DNA of 28,375 nt. Origin: a virus (lineage: Duplodnaviria > Caudoviricetes). The position numbers and the translations under genes are program-made. The notes beneath the pieces are model-generated. The model saw only the letters and a program-made list of their open reading frames with translations, did not search any database and had not been told where the DNA came from. Positions 26,102 to 28,375 of the stretch are shown here, piece by piece; position 1 is the first letter of the stretch; every line of letters starts with the position of its first letter. Location of the stretch: positions 1 to 28,375 of the IMG/VR virus record IMGVR_UViG_3300037991_006823; one strand, given 5' to 3'.

Positions 26102-28051
26102 TTACTTTCTTATTAAATTTCCGTTTGAATAGCTTGAGGTATAAAAATCACTGACAAATCTAGTTCCAGATATTTCATCTCCAGAAGCAATCACGTCTCT
26201 TACCATATTTATTGTACTTTTAGGAATGCTTAAAGAGACATATAAATCTCTCAATCCAACAACATCGTTTGATTCTGGAAAAGCCTGAATTTCAATAACG
26301 TTACCGGGAATATCAGTTTCTGTAATATTTAACGGTCCAAAAATAATTTCTCCTTTTTTATAATCAACTGTTCCAACATTTTTAGAAACTATAATAGAAT
26401 TTCCACTAGAATCAATTTTAATTATTGAAACAATTCCAGTATCCAATACTTGATTGGTATCAGATACATTAGGAATATCTGTCAAATATACTGTTGAAGG
26501 TTCTCCAAAGATTTTAAATCCAGTTGACTTTATATTTTTACCATTAATGTCTACATGAAAACGATTTCCAAAACACAATTCATACTGAACAAAAGTATTC
26601 AATACTGCTTTTAAATCTCTGCGAATAATAATTTTTGTTATATTTGATGTAATAGAAGTATCAGTGTTATCAATAACTTGTTGCAATTTACTGTATTTTA
26701 ATCTTCCACCAAATGAATTGAAATCTAAAGATTTTGAATATTTTTTCAGATTTTCTATAACTGTCGTTTTTAAATTATTTTCTGTAGATACTTGAGAGTA
26801 ATTAAAATAAACTGAAGAGTCTAATTCAATATAAAGAATTTTTAGGTCCGTTATTTTTTGATTTATTCCGGATACAGAATATTGTTTTAATTTAGATAAA
26901 ATTTGTTCTTTATTAAAATCAGAAACAAAACTTCCATTTTTTGGTTTAATACTAATTTGCACTGTACCAAATTGAGGTGGATCTAATTGCTCACCACCAA
27001 CTACAGAAACGGATTCTGTATTTGGATATATTTTTTTAATTATAGATTCATAATCTCTTGATGTAACAGCTCTAAACTGAGAAGAATATAATTTAGGAGC
27101 AAAATATTTAACAGAATCTATTGATTCAATATCTCCACCATTAATAGATGATTGATTTGTTGTGATTGAAACGGTTCCTGGATCAATAATTTGTGGAATT
27201 TCAGAAGCATCCACTAAAGTACCTGAGAATGAGAAATTAGCAGCACCATTTCCATCCTTTCCATCAGTTACAATGTAATTTGCTTTGATATATGTTCCAT
27301 CACCATTTTCACCCAATTTTTTGCCAATAAGTCCATCACCAAATCTCAGTTCGTATTTTTCATCCTGTATTTCACTGAGAAAAAATACTCTAGAATTTTT
27401 ATCAACATTTATAATATTTTCAGACAAAGTATATTCAGTACCTACAATATCTTGAGATTTACTGATGTATACTTTTAAAGTAGATGTATCTATAAAAGAA
27501 TTATTCAAAATAAATCTTTGATCTAAAGATCCATCATATAAAAATTGTTTCTCTAAAAATATTCCTTGAAAAACATCTATATTATTAAATGATGCTGTAA
27601 ATGTTGTTGGATTACCTTCTCCGTCAAAATTTCCACCAACAGTATTTGCTGTAATGTCCTCTACTATGGCAAATGTATATGTGGTATCGTTAGCACTACC
27701 AACACACACTATACCTGCCTTCAGGGTCAACGTAGGGGTGTTTTTAGTCGTTGTTACGTTAAATGATATCTGTGCTGCTGATGCCGTTCTGGAACGTGGT
27801 ATATAACCAATATTTCCTGCAAGAGAAACAACGTTTTCTCTTAGAGTTGCTGAATCCAAAAAGGATTCATTCACAATCATATTTGAATTGAATGCTGTAA
27901 TATAACTGTTATATGCTAAAGTGTCTATCAGAACAGAAAAATTAGATCCTTCAAAATCAAAGTCTGTGAACGTGGAGTTTGCACGGAGATAATCTTTGAT
28001 AGAAGTCTTTATCTGATCGAAATCCAGATTTGCGTATTTTGTAAAAGGCAT
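26102..28051 (-). CDS. gp6: Baseplate wedge subunit (T4 gp6-like)
   Basis: LDFDQIKTSIKDYLR, FTDFDFEGSNFSVLIDTLAYN, NESFLDSATLRENVVSLA..IGY.PRS, FGDG..GK, RAVTSRDY, GGEQLDPPQFG, GTVDYKKG. The 649-aa length is close to T4 gp6. Confidence 0.96.
   Translation of the reverse strand: MPFTKYANLDFDQIKTSIKDYLRANSTFTDFDFEGSNFSVLIDTLAYNSYITAFNSNMIVNESFLDSATLRENVVSLAGNIGYIPRSRTASAAQISFNVTTTKNTPTLTLKAGIVCVGSANDTTYTFAIVEDITANTVGGNFDGEGNPTTFTASFNNIDVFQGIFLEKQFLYDGSLDQRFILNNSFIDTSTLKVYISKSQDIVGTEYTLSENIINVDKNSRVFFLSEIQDEKYELRFGDGLIGKKLGENGDGTYIKANYIVTDGKDGNGAANFSFSGTLVDASEIPQIIDPGTVSITTNQSSINGGDIESIDSVKYFAPKLYSSQFRAVTSRDYESIIKKIYPNTESVSVVGGEQLDPPQFGTVQISIKPKNGSFVSDFNKEQILSKLKQYSVSGINQKITDLKILYIELDSSVYFNYSQVSTENNLKTTVIENLKKYSKSLDFNSFGGRLKYSKLQQVIDNTDTSITSNITKIIIRRDLKAVLNTFVQYELCFGNRFHVDINGKNIKSTGFKIFGEPSTVYLTDIPNVSDTNQVLDTGIVSIIKIDSSGNSIIVSKNVGTVDYKKGEIIFGPLNITETDIPGNVIEIQAFPESNDVVGLRDLYVSLSIPKSTINMVRDVIASGDEISGTRFVSDFYTSSYSNGNLIRK
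26206..26213 (-). promoter_or_regulatory. Candidate late promoter (AATAAATA) in the gp6 3' end, upstream of gp7
   Basis: The plus strand reads tatttatt at 26206-26213, about 106 nt upstream of the gp7 ATG. Confidence 0.5.
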
Positions 28052-28052
28052 T

Positions 28053-28375
28053 TTATCTTGTTGCCTCTAAGAGGAACGAATATTCTTGTGTTGGAAACTC
28101 TTGACCAATAATATCAAATATAACAGTTACATTAAAGGTGTTTTCATCAGCTATAGGATCTACGATAACTTGTAGATTTTCTACCCTTTCTTCAAAGTTT
28201 TCAATAGCAATTTGAACTTGATCTTGAATGACTGATGCAGTACCAAAATCAACGAACTCAAATAGACTTCTCCTTACATCAGATCCCAACAAAGAATTAA
28301 AAAATCTCTCTGTTGGAATCGTTTCTACAATATTTCTCACAGAACGACGAATTGCGTTCTCATTTTTTAGTATGG
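28053..28375 (-). CDS. gp25: Baseplate wedge subunit / sheath initiator (T4 gp25-like), 5'-truncated by the window edge
   Basis: The frame is open to the edge: ..ILKNENAIRRSVRNIVETIPTERFFNSLLGS...LFE...IENFEERV. This is a gp25/GPW family pattern. The track's GTG at 28340 is internal. Confidence 0.92.
   Translation of the reverse strand, partial: ILKNENAIRRSVRNIVETIPTERFFNSLLGSDVRRSLFEFVDFGTASVIQDQVQIAIENFEERVENLQVIVDPIADENTFNVTVIFDIIGQEFPTQEYSFLLEATR

Noticed and set aside
28338-28340. GTG start of the 95-aa ORF given in the track
   Set aside because: The frame stays open to the window edge with gp25-like sequence (LKNENAIRRSV), so the true start lies outside the window.
1-28375. Alternative genetic code
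   Set aside because: Standard translation gives full-length, tightly packed genes ending in TAA or TGA, with no fragmentation.

Overview
AT-rich segment of a T4-like myovirus genome, most similar in gene order and protein motifs to cyanomyoviruses (host not determinable from this window). All credible genes lie on the minus strand and form one late virion-assembly block. In transcription order: gp25 (5'-truncated), gp6, a giant gp7 (3988 aa), gp8, a VrlC/DUF4815-type structural protein (2468 aa), three smaller ORFs (69, 112, 269 aa), gp13, gp14, gp15, gp16, and a Cys-motif/Gly-Asn ORF that runs off the window and is missing from the ORF track. Six T4-type late promoter candidates are visible. 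I found no tRNA, CRISPR array, intron, intein, reverse transcriptase or mobile element, and no self-contained new system is demonstrated. The best leads are: (i) three distinct, length-matched 3x12-bp expansions in the VrlC-like gene, which suggest co-extended beta-strands; (ii) a G-hydrophobic-(G/S/A)-(T/S) micro-motif spread through unrelated virion proteins, possibly a modification tag; (iii) late-promoter words found only shortly upstream of gene starts, two of them sharing an extended 25-bp element; (iv) a split YHYH-like domain inside gp7. Protein identities come from recalled motifs and synteny, not from a database search.
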